Positions 1 to 7,712 of a stretch of 42,356 nt of DNA are shown here, in pieces. Source of the DNA: Candidatus Zambryskibacteria bacterium RIFOXYC1_FULL_39_10 (lineage in GTDB: Bacteria > Patescibacteriota > Minisyncoccia > Phycocordibacterales > WO2-35-19); NCBI GenBank assembly GCA_001824275.1, contig MHWW01000013.1:1-42356 (forward strand), written 5' to 3'. The notes under the pieces were generated by a model that saw only the letters and a program-made list of their open reading frames with translations, searched no databases and had not been told where the DNA came from. Every line of letters starts with the position of its first letter. The first letter of the stretch is position 1. The position numbers were made by a program, and so were the translations under genes.

Positions 1-62
1 ATTATTATGAGTTATCATCTGTCCTACTTGAGGGGTAGCGGGAGGGGTATCTTCTGTTATTA

Positions 63-91
63 AGTATAGCATACTTGACCTTTTTAGTCAA
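63..91 (-). promoter_or_regulatory. sigma70-like promoter for a leftward gene outside the window, overlapped by a palindrome
   Basis: Minus strand reads TTGACT-17 nt-TATACT with TG extension. The ACTTGAC/GTCAAGT inverted repeat (73-93) overlaps the -35 and spacer. Confidence 0.6.
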
Positions 92-115
92 GTGGCAAGG
101 TTGAACCTTGACACT
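91..115. repeat. CAAGGTTGAACCTTG-core palindromic REP-like element (intergenic copy)
   Basis: AGTGGCAAGGTTGAACCTTGACACT differs by 1 nt from the perfect palindrome inside dus at 8348-8372. Confidence 0.75.
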
Positions 116-118
116 TTG

Positions 119-1051
119 CTAGGCGAGGCGGATTTCGCCGAGGGATTCACGGATTAGGCCTTTGAGTTCCAAAAGTGAAAGCAAGGTTTGAGTTTCGCCG
201 ATAGGGATTTGATGTTGAGTTAGGGCTTCACGCAAAATCTCATCACGCGCCAAAGGTTCTATTAAAAGTTTTATAATTTGCATTTCTCTTTCCGAGCAAT
301 CTTCATAATTGGTTTCTTTTTTACCAGAACTCTTTTTTGATGACGAACCCAAATCTAATTTGCCAATATTCAGAGCTTCCAAAATATCGTCGGCATTGCG
401 GATTGGAGTCGCTCCCAGGCGCAGGAGCATATGGGGACCATCAGAGTGTGGAGAAAATATGCTCCCAGGAATAGTGAGAACTTCGCGATTGTATTCGGTC
501 GCTAATTTGGAGGTAATGAGAGTTCCGGATTTTAGTTCTGCCTCCACAACCAAAATGGCGTGGCACATACCAGCCATTATCCGGTTACGCCTCGGGAAAC
601 TGAAAAAAACTTTTTTGGCCACCGTGTCGTGCATCATAAGCGATGCTTTTTGTTCTGGTTCCATTTCTGAAATTAAAGTACCACCTCTCTCTACAATTTC
701 TTCGGCAAGCATAACATGCGTCTGCGGATGTAGTGCCTCGGGGTGAAGCCCTGAGCCAGGTATAGCAATGGTAGGTAAATTATTTTTGAGCGCGGCTCTG
801 TGGGCAATGGAGTCTATACCGAGTGCTAACCCCGATACAATGGTTATGGGGTAACCAGCAAGTTCTCTTATCAAATATTCAACTGCCTCTCGGCCGTAAT
901 TTGTATATTTGCGACTACCAACAACACAAAGGAGTTTACGGTTATAATCGGGCACATTGCCAGCGAAATATAATTGCTCGGGCGGATCGTTTATTTCGGT
1001 AAGCAACGGCGGCCAATCGGTCCTTTTAAGTGTATTTATTTTATAACTCAT
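119..1051 (-). CDS. dprA: DNA processing protein DprA (Smf)
   Basis: Motifs VVGSRK, IVSGLALGID, FPRRNRI and EAELKSGTLIT, plus a C-terminal winged helix. Confidence 0.95.
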   Translation of the reverse strand: MSYKINTLKRTDWPPLLTEINDPPEQLYFAGNVPDYNRKLLCVVGSRKYTNYGREAVEYLIRELAGYPITIVSGLALGIDSIAHRAALKNNLPTIAIPGSGLHPEALHPQTHVMLAEEIVERGGTLISEMEPEQKASLMMHDTVAKKVFFSFPRRNRIMAGMCHAILVVEAELKSGTLITSKLATEYNREVLTIPGSIFSPHSDGPHMLLRLGATPIRNADDILEALNIGKLDLGSSSKKSSGKKETNYEDCSEREMQIIKLLIEPLARDEILREALTQHQIPIGETQTLLSLLELKGLIRESLGEIRLA

Positions 1052-1099
1052 TTCACTTTTATTTTAACAGATGTTAATATTATTTACATGAAATCGGAC

Positions 1100-1150
1100 T
1101 AACCCACCCAACCCCTCCCTTAATTTAAGGGAGGGGCAAGGGGATAGTTA
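1100..1150. repeat. CCCTC(T)CCT/AGG(A)GAGGG REP-like palindrome
   Basis: CCCCTCCCTTAA-T-TTAAGGGAGGGG at 1112-1136. Related copies at 3295, 4033, 6957, 7034, 7536 and 7630. Confidence 0.75.
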
Positions 1151-1173
1151 AGATAATCATTTAAAATTTCATT

Positions 1174-2493
1174 ATGTTAGACATAAAATTTATAAGAGAA
1201 AATGCGGAATTGATTGCTCTCGGTGCCGTGAAGAAGCACATTCCATTTGATGTGCAAAAACTTTTGGAAGTAGATGATAAGAGAAAAAAGTTGAGTCAGG
1301 AAGTTGAGGAAAAGCGGGCTCGGCAAAACAAGGTGAGTGAAGAAGTGGCCCGCCTGTCATCGCCTGAAGGCTCAGCCGATGGCGGACAGGCAAAGGCGGA
1401 CTTGATTAGACAAATGCAACCGCTCAAAGAAGAAACGCAAAAATTGGAGGAAGAGCTCAAAGAAGTGATGGTGGAATGGCAAAAGTTGATGGTCTCTGTT
1501 CCCAACATTCCCGATGTGTCAGTACCAGAAGGTGATGATGATGCGGCAAATGTTGAAGTTAGACGATGGGGCCCCGCCTCATCGGCGGGCGGGGATATTC
1601 CAAAATTTGATTTTACTCCCAAAGACCATATCGAACTTATGGAAAATTTGGACTTGGCTGATTTTGAAACTGGGGCCAAGGTGGCTGGATTTCGTGGTTA
1701 TTTTTTGAAAAATGAAGGAGCGGAACTTTCTTTTGCACTCTGGCAACTTTCGGTAGATTTGTTTAGAAAAAATCATCCAGAATATTCTATGATGCTTGTG
1801 CCGTCTCTGGTGAAAAGGGAAACTTTGCTTGGTTCAGGGTATCTGCCTCAAGGAGAAGATGATTTGTATCATACTCAAGACAATGATTATTTGGCGGGAA
1901 CTGCCGAGGTAGCTACCATGAGTTATTTTTCGGATAAGGTTTATGAAAAGAAAGATTTACCAATGAAAAAATTTGCATTTTCGCCAGCGTTTAGGAGAGA
2001 GGCCGGAAGTTATAGTAAAGATACTAAAGGCCTTTATCGAGTGCACGAGTTTATGAAATTTGAACAAGTTATTATTTGCGAAGCCTCACACGAAGAAAGC
2101 GTCAAATATCACGAGGAACTTTTGGCTAATGCCGAACAAATTTTGCAGGCTCTCGAGCTTCCTTATCATGTAGTAGTTAATTGTGGAGGGGATTTGGGCT
2201 TGGGACAAGTCAAAAAATATGATATAGAAACTTGGATACCATCAAAAAATAAATATGGCGAGACTCATTCCTGTTCGTATTTTCACGATTTTCAAACTCG
2301 TCGATTAAATATTAAATATCGAGACAGTGATAATAAATTAAAATTTGCTCACTCACTGAACAATACCGCTCTAGCGACTCCTCGGATTTTGATTCAACTG
2401 CTTGAAAACAATCAACTCTCCGATGGCTCAATCGTGATTCCAAAAGCTTTGCGTCCTTATATGGGAGGGAAGGAAAAGATTTCTAAGAAATAA
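1174..2493 (+). CDS. serS: seryl-tRNA synthetase carrying two in-frame palindromic inserts
   Basis: MLDIKFIREN start, coiled-coil arm, GTAE, motif 2 FRREAG..GLYRVHEF, motif 3 HSLNNTALATPR. Confidence 0.97.
   Translation: MLDIKFIRENAELIALGAVKKHIPFDVQKLLEVDDKRKKLSQEVEEKRARQNKVSEEVARLSSPEGSADGGQAKADLIRQMQPLKEETQKLEEELKEVMVEWQKLMVSVPNIPDVSVPEGDDDAANVEVRRWGPASSAGGDIPKFDFTPKDHIELMENLDLADFETGAKVAGFRGYFLKNEGAELSFALWQLSVDLFRKNHPEYSMMLVPSLVKRETLLGSGYLPQGEDDLYHTQDNDYLAGTAEVATMSYFSDKVYEKKDLPMKKFAFSPAFRREAGSYSKDTKGLYRVHEFMKFEQVIICEASHEESVKYHEELLANAEQILQALELPYHVVVNCGGDLGLGQVKKYDIETWIPSKNKYGETHSCSYFHDFQTRRLNIKYRDSDNKLKFAHSLNNTALATPRILIQLLENNQLSDGSIVIPKALRPYMGGKEKISKK
1349..1390 (+). mobile_element. 42-nt in-frame palindromic mini-element in serS (RLSSPEGSADGGQA)
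   Basis: GG|CCCGCCTGTC...GGCGGACAGG hairpin with GG at both junctions. Same ends as the dus insert at 8596-8628. Confidence 0.7.
1572..1592 (+). mobile_element. 21-nt in-frame palindromic mini-element in serS (PASSAGG)
   Basis: GG|CCCCGCC...GGCGG. Removing it restores RRWGDIPKF. Confidence 0.7.
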
Positions 2494-2494
2494 T

Positions 2495-3337
2495 ATGCAA
2501 GGTAGAAGATATAATAAGGCTTCTTCAAGAATTGCCAAAAGGAACAATGCAAGAAGAGTTTTTGGTTTGGTTTTGAAAGTTGGATTACCGATCATTTTTT
2601 TGATTGGTATTATTTTTATTTTGAGAGCCGATTTTTTGCAGATAAAAAATATTGTAGTTTTGGGTGCCGAAACTGTATCTACCGAAAATCTCAAAGCTAC
2701 AGCCCTAAGTCGGACTTCGGGCGACCATTTTTTTATAATACCAAAGACAAATATTTTGTTTTTAAATAAACAAGAATTGGCTGACACCCTGCTCACTACT
2801 TTCCCAAGATTAGAAAAAGCAGAAATTAATAAACAATATTTTAGTAAGAGTATTGTTTTGAAAGTTCTAGAGAGGGAAGCAGACTTTTTATGGTGCGCTT
2901 CTTCAGAAGAATGTTTCTATATGAATAAAAGTGGTTTGATATTTGAAAAGGCTGAAACCCTAAGTGACAAATTTATTTTTAAAGGTGGTGTGACTGGAGA
3001 CCCTATCATGCAAAGTTTTGCTACTGCAGGCAAAATTCAAAATTATTTAAAATTTATTGATGTGTTTGAAAAGGCGGGTTTTGAGGCGACATATATAAAT
3101 ATCGAGTCTTCTGACAAGGCTATATTGGGCACCAGTATCGGGGAAGTATTTTTTAGTCCGGGAGAGGCTGATCTTGCTCTGATAGCGCAAAATGCCTTGC
3201 TTTTAATAGATGAAATAAAAAGCAATAACCTTGACGCCACATTTGAATATATTGACGCTCGCTTTGGCAATAAGATGTTTTATAAGTTGAAATACCCTCA
3301 CCCGCCTCGCTCTGCTCGGCACCCTCTCCTCGACTGA
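2495..3337 (+). CDS. ftsQ: FtsQ/DivIB-like cell division protein (TM + POTRA + YIDARFG C-terminus)
   Basis: Basic N-terminus, single TM, POTRA-like region and EYIDARFGNKMF. The last ~14 codons come from the adjacent repeat. Confidence 0.65.
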   Translation: MQGRRYNKASSRIAKRNNARRVFGLVLKVGLPIIFLIGIIFILRADFLQIKNIVVLGAETVSTENLKATALSRTSGDHFFIIPKTNILFLNKQELADTLLTTFPRLEKAEINKQYFSKSIVLKVLEREADFLWCASSEECFYMNKSGLIFEKAETLSDKFIFKGGVTGDPIMQSFATAGKIQNYLKFIDVFEKAGFEATYINIESSDKAILGTSIGEVFFSPGEADLALIAQNALLLIDEIKSNNLDATFEYIDARFGNKMFYKLKYPHPPRSARHPLLD

Positions 3338-3347
3338 GGAGAGGGAA
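3295..3347 (+). repeat. REP-like palindrome, left member of the inverted pair flanking the ncRNA and DUF559 gene
   Basis: CCTCACCC...CACCCTCTCCTC-GACT-GAGGAGAGGGAA. Confidence 0.8.
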
Positions 3348-3457
3348 CACGCGAGCACTTTTTCCACCAGCCTAAATTTCTGATTTTTTCTTAAATTACA
3401 AAAAATTGTTATTTTAAAACATTTTTTTCAACTTAACTTTACAAAACAAGAAAAGGG

Positions 3458-3485
3458 TTGACAAATTTTATAGATTTGATATGTT
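3458..3485 (+). promoter_or_regulatory. sigma70-like promoter of the candidate ncRNA
   Basis: TTGACA-16 nt-TATGTT with TG extension. No + strand ORF downstream. Confidence 0.6.
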
Positions 3486-3492
3486 GTTTATC

Positions 3493-3634
3493 GGGTAGAT
3501 CCGGCGATGAAGTATCTCCTCCCCTTGAGGAAGCCCGCGAGTGGGCGTTCACTTGAGAGAGTAATCACTCTCGGAGGGTAGTTACTAAGGGGAGGGCTGG
3601 TGAAAGGACCACCGTACGGTAACGGATTCTGCTC
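3493..3634 (+). ncRNA. candidate structured ncRNA (family not recognised)
   Basis: GC-rich tract between promoter and terminator. Closing stem GGGTAGATCCG/CGGATTCTGCTC, stem TCCTCCCCTT/AAGGGGAGGG, inner hairpins, possible AGTAAT/GTTACT pseudoknot. Confidence 0.65.
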
Positions 3635-3660
3635 AGGCCATCCTTCGGGGTGGCCTTTTC
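3635..3660 (+). terminator. intrinsic terminator at the convergence with the DUF559 gene
   Basis: AGGCCATCC-TTCG-GGGTGGCCT followed by TTT. Confidence 0.8.
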
Positions 3661-4012
3661 ATTTAAAATTTTCTTCTATTATTTTAATTACCTTATTCAT
3701 ATCTTCATCAACCTGCTTATTTTTGAATCTCAAAACTTTGTAGTCTAGTTCTTTGAAAAATTTATCTCTGATTTTATCGTATTCTCGGTTATCATTTTTG
3801 TTGTGAATTTCTCCATCAATTTCAATTATTAATCTTTTCTCAGCGCAATAAAAATCTAAAATATATCCTCCTATACTGGTCTGTCTTCTGAATTTGAATC
3901 CCAACAATCTTCTGTCTTTCAAATACCACCACAATTTTTCTTCTTGCGGAGTTTGTTCCCTCCGCAGTTCTTTCCTTCTATCTATATATTTATTTAAATT
4001 ATGAACCTTCAC
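3659..4012 (-). CDS. DUF559 / Vsr-like endonuclease domain protein
   Basis: RKELRREQTPQEEKLW, KFRRQ, YILDFYC, IIEIDGEIH, D..RD..VLRF. Confidence 0.9.
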   Translation of the reverse strand: MKVHNLNKYIDRRKELRREQTPQEEKLWWYLKDRRLLGFKFRRQTSIGGYILDFYCAEKRLIIEIDGEIHNKNDNREYDKIRDKFFKELDYKVLRFKNKQVDEDMNKVIKIIEENFK

Positions 4013-4032
4013 TACACATTAATTATGAGGTT

Positions 4033-4078
4033 TTCCCTCTCCTTATTCAAGGAGAGGGTGGCCGTAGGCCGGGTGAGG
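4033..4078 (-). repeat. REP-like palindrome, right (inverted) member of the pair flanking the ncRNA and DUF559 gene
   Basis: Reverse complement CCTCACCC...CACCCTCTCCTT-GAAT-AAGGAGAGGGAA aligns with 3295-3347. Confidence 0.8.
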
Positions 4079-4132
4079 TGTTTTATGGATGAGGTTGTTA
4101 ATATTTTATGTAGTTATTGCTATAATATACCT

Positions 4133-4534
4133 ATGTCTGATGTTTATGAGAATGACTCATTTTTTTTAGCTTATATAAAATGGCACTATAGAAAAGGGTT
4201 AAGAGAACTCTTTTATGTGTCTCAAAACTTTTTGTGGTTTGTGACCCACTTCTTTTCATTTAGGCTTTTAATCAAAACCTTGTTTGCTCCATGGAAAAGG
4301 TTGGGCGAAACTTATGAAGGCGGTTTCAATCTGAGTGCATTTGCCTCAACCCTTATAGTAAATAGTCTTATGAGAGCGGTTGGGTTCTTCACTAAGATTT
4401 TGGTTTTGTTTGTCGGAGCCATTTCGTATATTGTAGTTTTGGCATTTTCAATTTGTATCCTAGTGATCTGGATATTGGCACCACTTATACTCGTCGGTAG
4501 CCTTGTTCTATCAGTAACATTTTTTGTGATTTAA
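4133..4534 (+). CDS. membrane protein, probably co-transcribed with the Clp-like ATPase
   Basis: WHY...FSF...TLFAPWKR motif and TM helices. Start moved from 4001 to 4133 because the extension runs through a repeat and TGcTATAAT lies at 4118-4126. Confidence 0.8.
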   Translation: MSDVYENDSFFLAYIKWHYRKGLRELFYVSQNFLWFVTHFFSFRLLIKTLFAPWKRLGETYEGGFNLSAFASTLIVNSLMRAVGFFTKILVLFVGAISYIVVLAFSICILVIWILAPLILVGSLVLSVTFFVI

Positions 4535-4538
4535 TTTT

Positions 4539-6956
4539 ATGACTTTTAAAAAACTTAAAGAAATTTCAGAACCACATTTTTATAGTATTGCACTAGATCG
4601 GTATTTTGCTAAAAAGTGGCGGAGTGTTTTGAGGAAATTGACAGCTCTCGCTGCTCTCATCTCTTTTGGTTTGTCTTTTGATATCCTGCCTCTTTCGTTT
4701 GGCAAAGCTGACGGTATGTTTTTTGTTTTCATTTTTATTTATCTCACTCTCTCTTTTGTTGAATTCTTTTATAGGTCAATGATGGATGATGGGCTGACAG
4801 TCAGGATAAAAGAAAAAATGATAGATAAAAATGTTAGTCTCGATTATGGTCTTTCCAATATATTGTATGCTACTGATGAAATTGATGTGACGAGAGGTCT
4901 CTTTGAAACTAAAATTGGACTTATGATTTTCCTCAGACTCGGTATTCCTTATGAAAATTGTAAAAATTTTGTTTATTCAGAGAGGTCTCCGATAATGGCC
5001 TCGGCGTTAAACTTTGATAGTGATTTTGTCAATTTACCTCAATACGCAAGCACTCTTTACGATATCGATAAATCATTCCAATCATTCCTCGCCCAAAATT
5101 CTATAAACAAGGTTGAATTTGTTGGTGCAGTCCTGTGGGTGAGTAGAATGGAAGAGTCGAAACAATGCAAAGAAAGATTTTGGGGGCGCGAAAATTTGGG
5201 AGCGATCCCTTCCATAGGTACGAGTTGGTCATATGGGGTTGTGACTGACCTCGGTAAATTTGGAGTGCCTTTTGAGTACTCAGTTGACATCTCTCTTTTT
5301 GATTCAGAAAATGGTTATCGAGAAAAAGAGGTTCAAATACTTGAAAATATTCTGCAGAGGAGTAGTGAAGCCAATGCGATTATAATTGACGATGACGAAA
5401 AAGTCGCCAGAGATATCGTGGGGCGATTACTTAAAAAAATTAAACTCGGAACATCATTACCTTCGGTTGAGCATAAAAACATTATTGAGCTTGACGCAAA
5501 TAATTTGATAGCTTCATTCAAAAATAGAAGTGAACTTGAGGCAGAGATTTTAAAAATTTTGAATCAGTCGGTTTTGGCGGGCAATATTATTCTATATGTG
5601 AGCGACTTGTCAGGATTTGTCTCGAGTACCAAAAATTTGGGAATAAACCTACCATCACTCCTCTCACCTTTCCTTGCTTCAGATCACATTCAAATAATTT
5701 CTTCTGCTACTAATTCTGATTTTCATTTTATTATTGAATCGAGCCCGACACTACTCGAAAGATTTGAGAGGGTCATTCCTGATGCAATCGGGGTGGAAGC
5801 CTCTGTCAGTGTCCTCCTGGAGCAAGTTTTGCCTATTGAAAAGCAGTATGGGGTGATGTTTTCTTATCCAGCAATTTTAAATTTGGCTAAGTCGGCCGAT
5901 GAATTTATAACTTACGGAGAGATGCCAAGCAAAGCGCTTGATATGCTCATCGAAATTGCCCCTTGGGCGGCAGAGCGGAAAATTGGAGTTTTGAAAGAAA
6001 ATGATGTGTCAGTTTTTGTTTCTGAAAAGACGGGTATCTCTACCGGCATGATAAAAGAAAAAGAGATGGAAAAGATAGAGCACCTTGAAGAACTTTTGCA
6101 TAAGAGAGTGGTTGGTCAAGACGAAGCGGTAAGCGGTATCGCGAGTGCCATAAGGAGATCACGCTCTGGCATCGCCAATCCCAAAAGACCGATATCTTCG
6201 TTTCTTTTTATCGGCCCGACAGGGGTGGGGAAGACTGAAGTCTCCAAATCTTTGGCAGAAAGCTTTTTTGGTGACGAAAAAAAGATGGTGCGATTTGATA
6301 TGTCTGAATATAGTTCTCCTGAAGCTCTCTCCCAACTTATCGGGGACTTCGCTATGAACCGAAGTGGGCTTCTGGCTAGCAAAGTCAGAGATAATCCTTA
6401 TGGAGTATTGCTCCTAGATGAATTTGAAAAGTCAGCGCCGGATGTGCTGGACTTATTTTTGCAGGTGCTGGATGAAGGTGTGTTTACTGATGCGCTGGGT
6501 AGGCAGGTGAATTGTCGCAACCTCATAATTATTGCGACCTCGAACGCGGGGAGCGATATGATTTGGGAGACTATCAAATCGGGAAGTAATTTAGTCAAAT
6601 CAAAAGATGTGATAATCAATTCAATTATAAAAGATAAAATTTTCCGCCCTGAACTTCTCAATCGTTTTGATGGCATCATCTTCTTCCATCCATTACAAAA
6701 TAACGAACTTGAAAGTGTCGCTCGGATGGGGCTTGAAAAATTGGCGAGGAGGCTCAAGGAGAGGGATATTGAATTTGTCGTTAATCAAGATATTGTTAAT
6801 TTTTTGGTAGAAAAGGGCAGTGACCCGCAGTTTGGTGGGCGCTCTATCAATCGCGCAATTCAAAATGAAATTGAAGACCTCATTGCTCGCAAAATAGTTT
6901 CAGGCAAAGCTAAACCGGGGAGCAAGATTGAAATCAAAAGGGAGGAGCTCAATTAA
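4539..6956 (+). CDS. membrane-anchored ClpA/ClpB-family AAA+ ATPase with a degenerate first ATPase domain
   Basis: Two N-terminal TM helices. D2 intact (RVVGQDEAV, GPTGVGKT, LLDEFEK, FRPELLNRFD). D1 Walker A position reads NAIIIDDDEKV. Confidence 0.9.
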   Translation: MTFKKLKEISEPHFYSIALDRYFAKKWRSVLRKLTALAALISFGLSFDILPLSFGKADGMFFVFIFIYLTLSFVEFFYRSMMDDGLTVRIKEKMIDKNVSLDYGLSNILYATDEIDVTRGLFETKIGLMIFLRLGIPYENCKNFVYSERSPIMASALNFDSDFVNLPQYASTLYDIDKSFQSFLAQNSINKVEFVGAVLWVSRMEESKQCKERFWGRENLGAIPSIGTSWSYGVVTDLGKFGVPFEYSVDISLFDSENGYREKEVQILENILQRSSEANAIIIDDDEKVARDIVGRLLKKIKLGTSLPSVEHKNIIELDANNLIASFKNRSELEAEILKILNQSVLAGNIILYVSDLSGFVSSTKNLGINLPSLLSPFLASDHIQIISSATNSDFHFIIESSPTLLERFERVIPDAIGVEASVSVLLEQVLPIEKQYGVMFSYPAILNLAKSADEFITYGEMPSKALDMLIEIAPWAAERKIGVLKENDVSVFVSEKTGISTGMIKEKEMEKIEHLEELLHKRVVGQDEAVSGIASAIRRSRSGIANPKRPISSFLFIGPTGVGKTEVSKSLAESFFGDEKKMVRFDMSEYSSPEALSQLIGDFAMNRSGLLASKVRDNPYGVLLLDEFEKSAPDVLDLFLQVLDEGVFTDALGRQVNCRNLIIIATSNAGSDMIWETIKSGSNLVKSKDVIINSIIKDKIFRPELLNRFDGIIFFHPLQNNELESVARMGLEKLARRLKERDIEFVVNQDIVNFLVEKGSDPQFGGRSINRAIQNEIEDLIARKIVSGKAKPGSKIEIKREELN

Positions 6957-6996
6957 CCTCACCCCTTACCCCTCTCCTAGATGCAGGAGGGGGGAA
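6957..6996 (+). repeat. REP-like palindrome, left member of an inverted doublet
   Basis: CCTCACCCC..CCCCTCTCCT-AGATGC-AGGAGGGGGG. Shares CCTAGATGCAGG with the inverted copy at 7034. Confidence 0.75.
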
Positions 6997-7033
6997 ACAT
7001 ATCTCACACAGTACTAGTTCTAGATTTTTGTAT

Positions 7034-7175
7034 TTCTCCCTTCCCCTGCATCTAGGGGTGAAAAGCGAATACTTGGAGCTTTGCAAGAGTCATTGAGATT
7101 TTTTGAATAAAAAATCCAATGACTGGACAGTTCCTGTAAGGAAGGGCAATTCCACTTTAGTGGAATGGGATGAGG
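7034..7175 (-). repeat. REP-like palindrome interrupted by an 83-nt insertion (7059-7141)
   Basis: Removing 7059-7141 restores CCCTTCCCCT-GCATCT-AGGGGAAGGG...GGGATGAGG. Confidence 0.65.
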
Positions 7176-7260
7176 TTTTTTATGAGCAACAAAAAAATGG
7201 CTCTGTTAAGCCATATTTTACCACACCTACATACAAAATAGAAAAATCGTGTCAAAATGC

Positions 7261-7288
7261 TTGACAGATTTTGTGGTTGTGCTATACT
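7261..7288 (+). promoter_or_regulatory. near-consensus sigma70 promoter
   Basis: TTGACA-16 nt-TATACT with TG extension. Confidence 0.8.
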
Positions 7289-7294
7289 ATATAC

Positions 7295-7465
7295 AGACGT
7301 TGTGATGCTTTGGGTAACGGCGTGGCGAGTCCACCAACTCAGGTATTACAGCTATCACAAAGGAGCCAAACATGCACGCACGCAACCGCGGTGCGCCGAT
7401 GGCCACCATCGGCACCGCAAGGGCCAATTCCAATTATAGAGTCTGAACCGCCGGCCGCCGGCAAC
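7295..7465 (+). ncRNA. candidate structured RNA or small-ORF transcript (sORF 7372-7446, 24 aa)
   Basis: Stems TTGTGATGCT/AGCTATCACAA and GCCGATGG/CCATCGGC. AAGGAG precedes ATG 7372. Bounded by a promoter and a terminator-like hairpin. Confidence 0.55.
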
Positions 7466-7507
7466 GCCCCGCCCCCTATAGTAAAAGGGGGGCGGGGCTA
7501 AATTTTT
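7466..7507 (+). terminator. intrinsic terminator-like hairpin
   Basis: GCCCCGCCCCCT...AGGGGGGCGGGGC followed by TAAATTTTT. Confidence 0.65.
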
Positions 7508-7535
7508 ATATGACCTTATTTTTTATGTTCTTATC

Positions 7536-7669
7536 TAACCTCCCCGCACTTCGTATCGACCCTCCTTACTTTAAGGAGGGAGCCGCGCAACTAGTTCAAT
7601 AGTTTAGAGAGAATAATAAATAGCAGTCACCCCTCCCTTAATGTAAGGGAGGGGAAGGGGGAAGGTTAG
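7536..7669. repeat. inverted doublet of REP-like palindromes (7536-7581 and 7630-7669)
   Basis: CCCTCCTTA-CTT-TAAGGAGGG and CCCCTCCCTTA-ATG-TAAGGGAGGGG, with outer TAACCT/AGGTTA tails. Confidence 0.75.
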
Positions 7670-7712
7670 AAAAGAGGGATAGAGTAATCTTTTTATATGC
7701 TAGGATAATGAT

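Noticed and set aside
18-50. Another copy of the CCCTCCT/AGGAGGG repeat at the window start
   Set aside because: Only a G-rich half resembles the family, and the palindrome is too degenerate to call.
3493-3634. Fluoride riboswitch (GGCGATG), RNase P (GAGGAAG) or group II intron domain V (GAAA...CGTACGGT) identity
   Set aside because: Only short motifs match. The required partner segments are absent and there is no downstream sense gene.
7372-7446. tmRNA tag-like reading (ANSNYRV*)
   Set aside because: There are no tRNA-like ends or T-arm, and no Ala-rich tag terminus.
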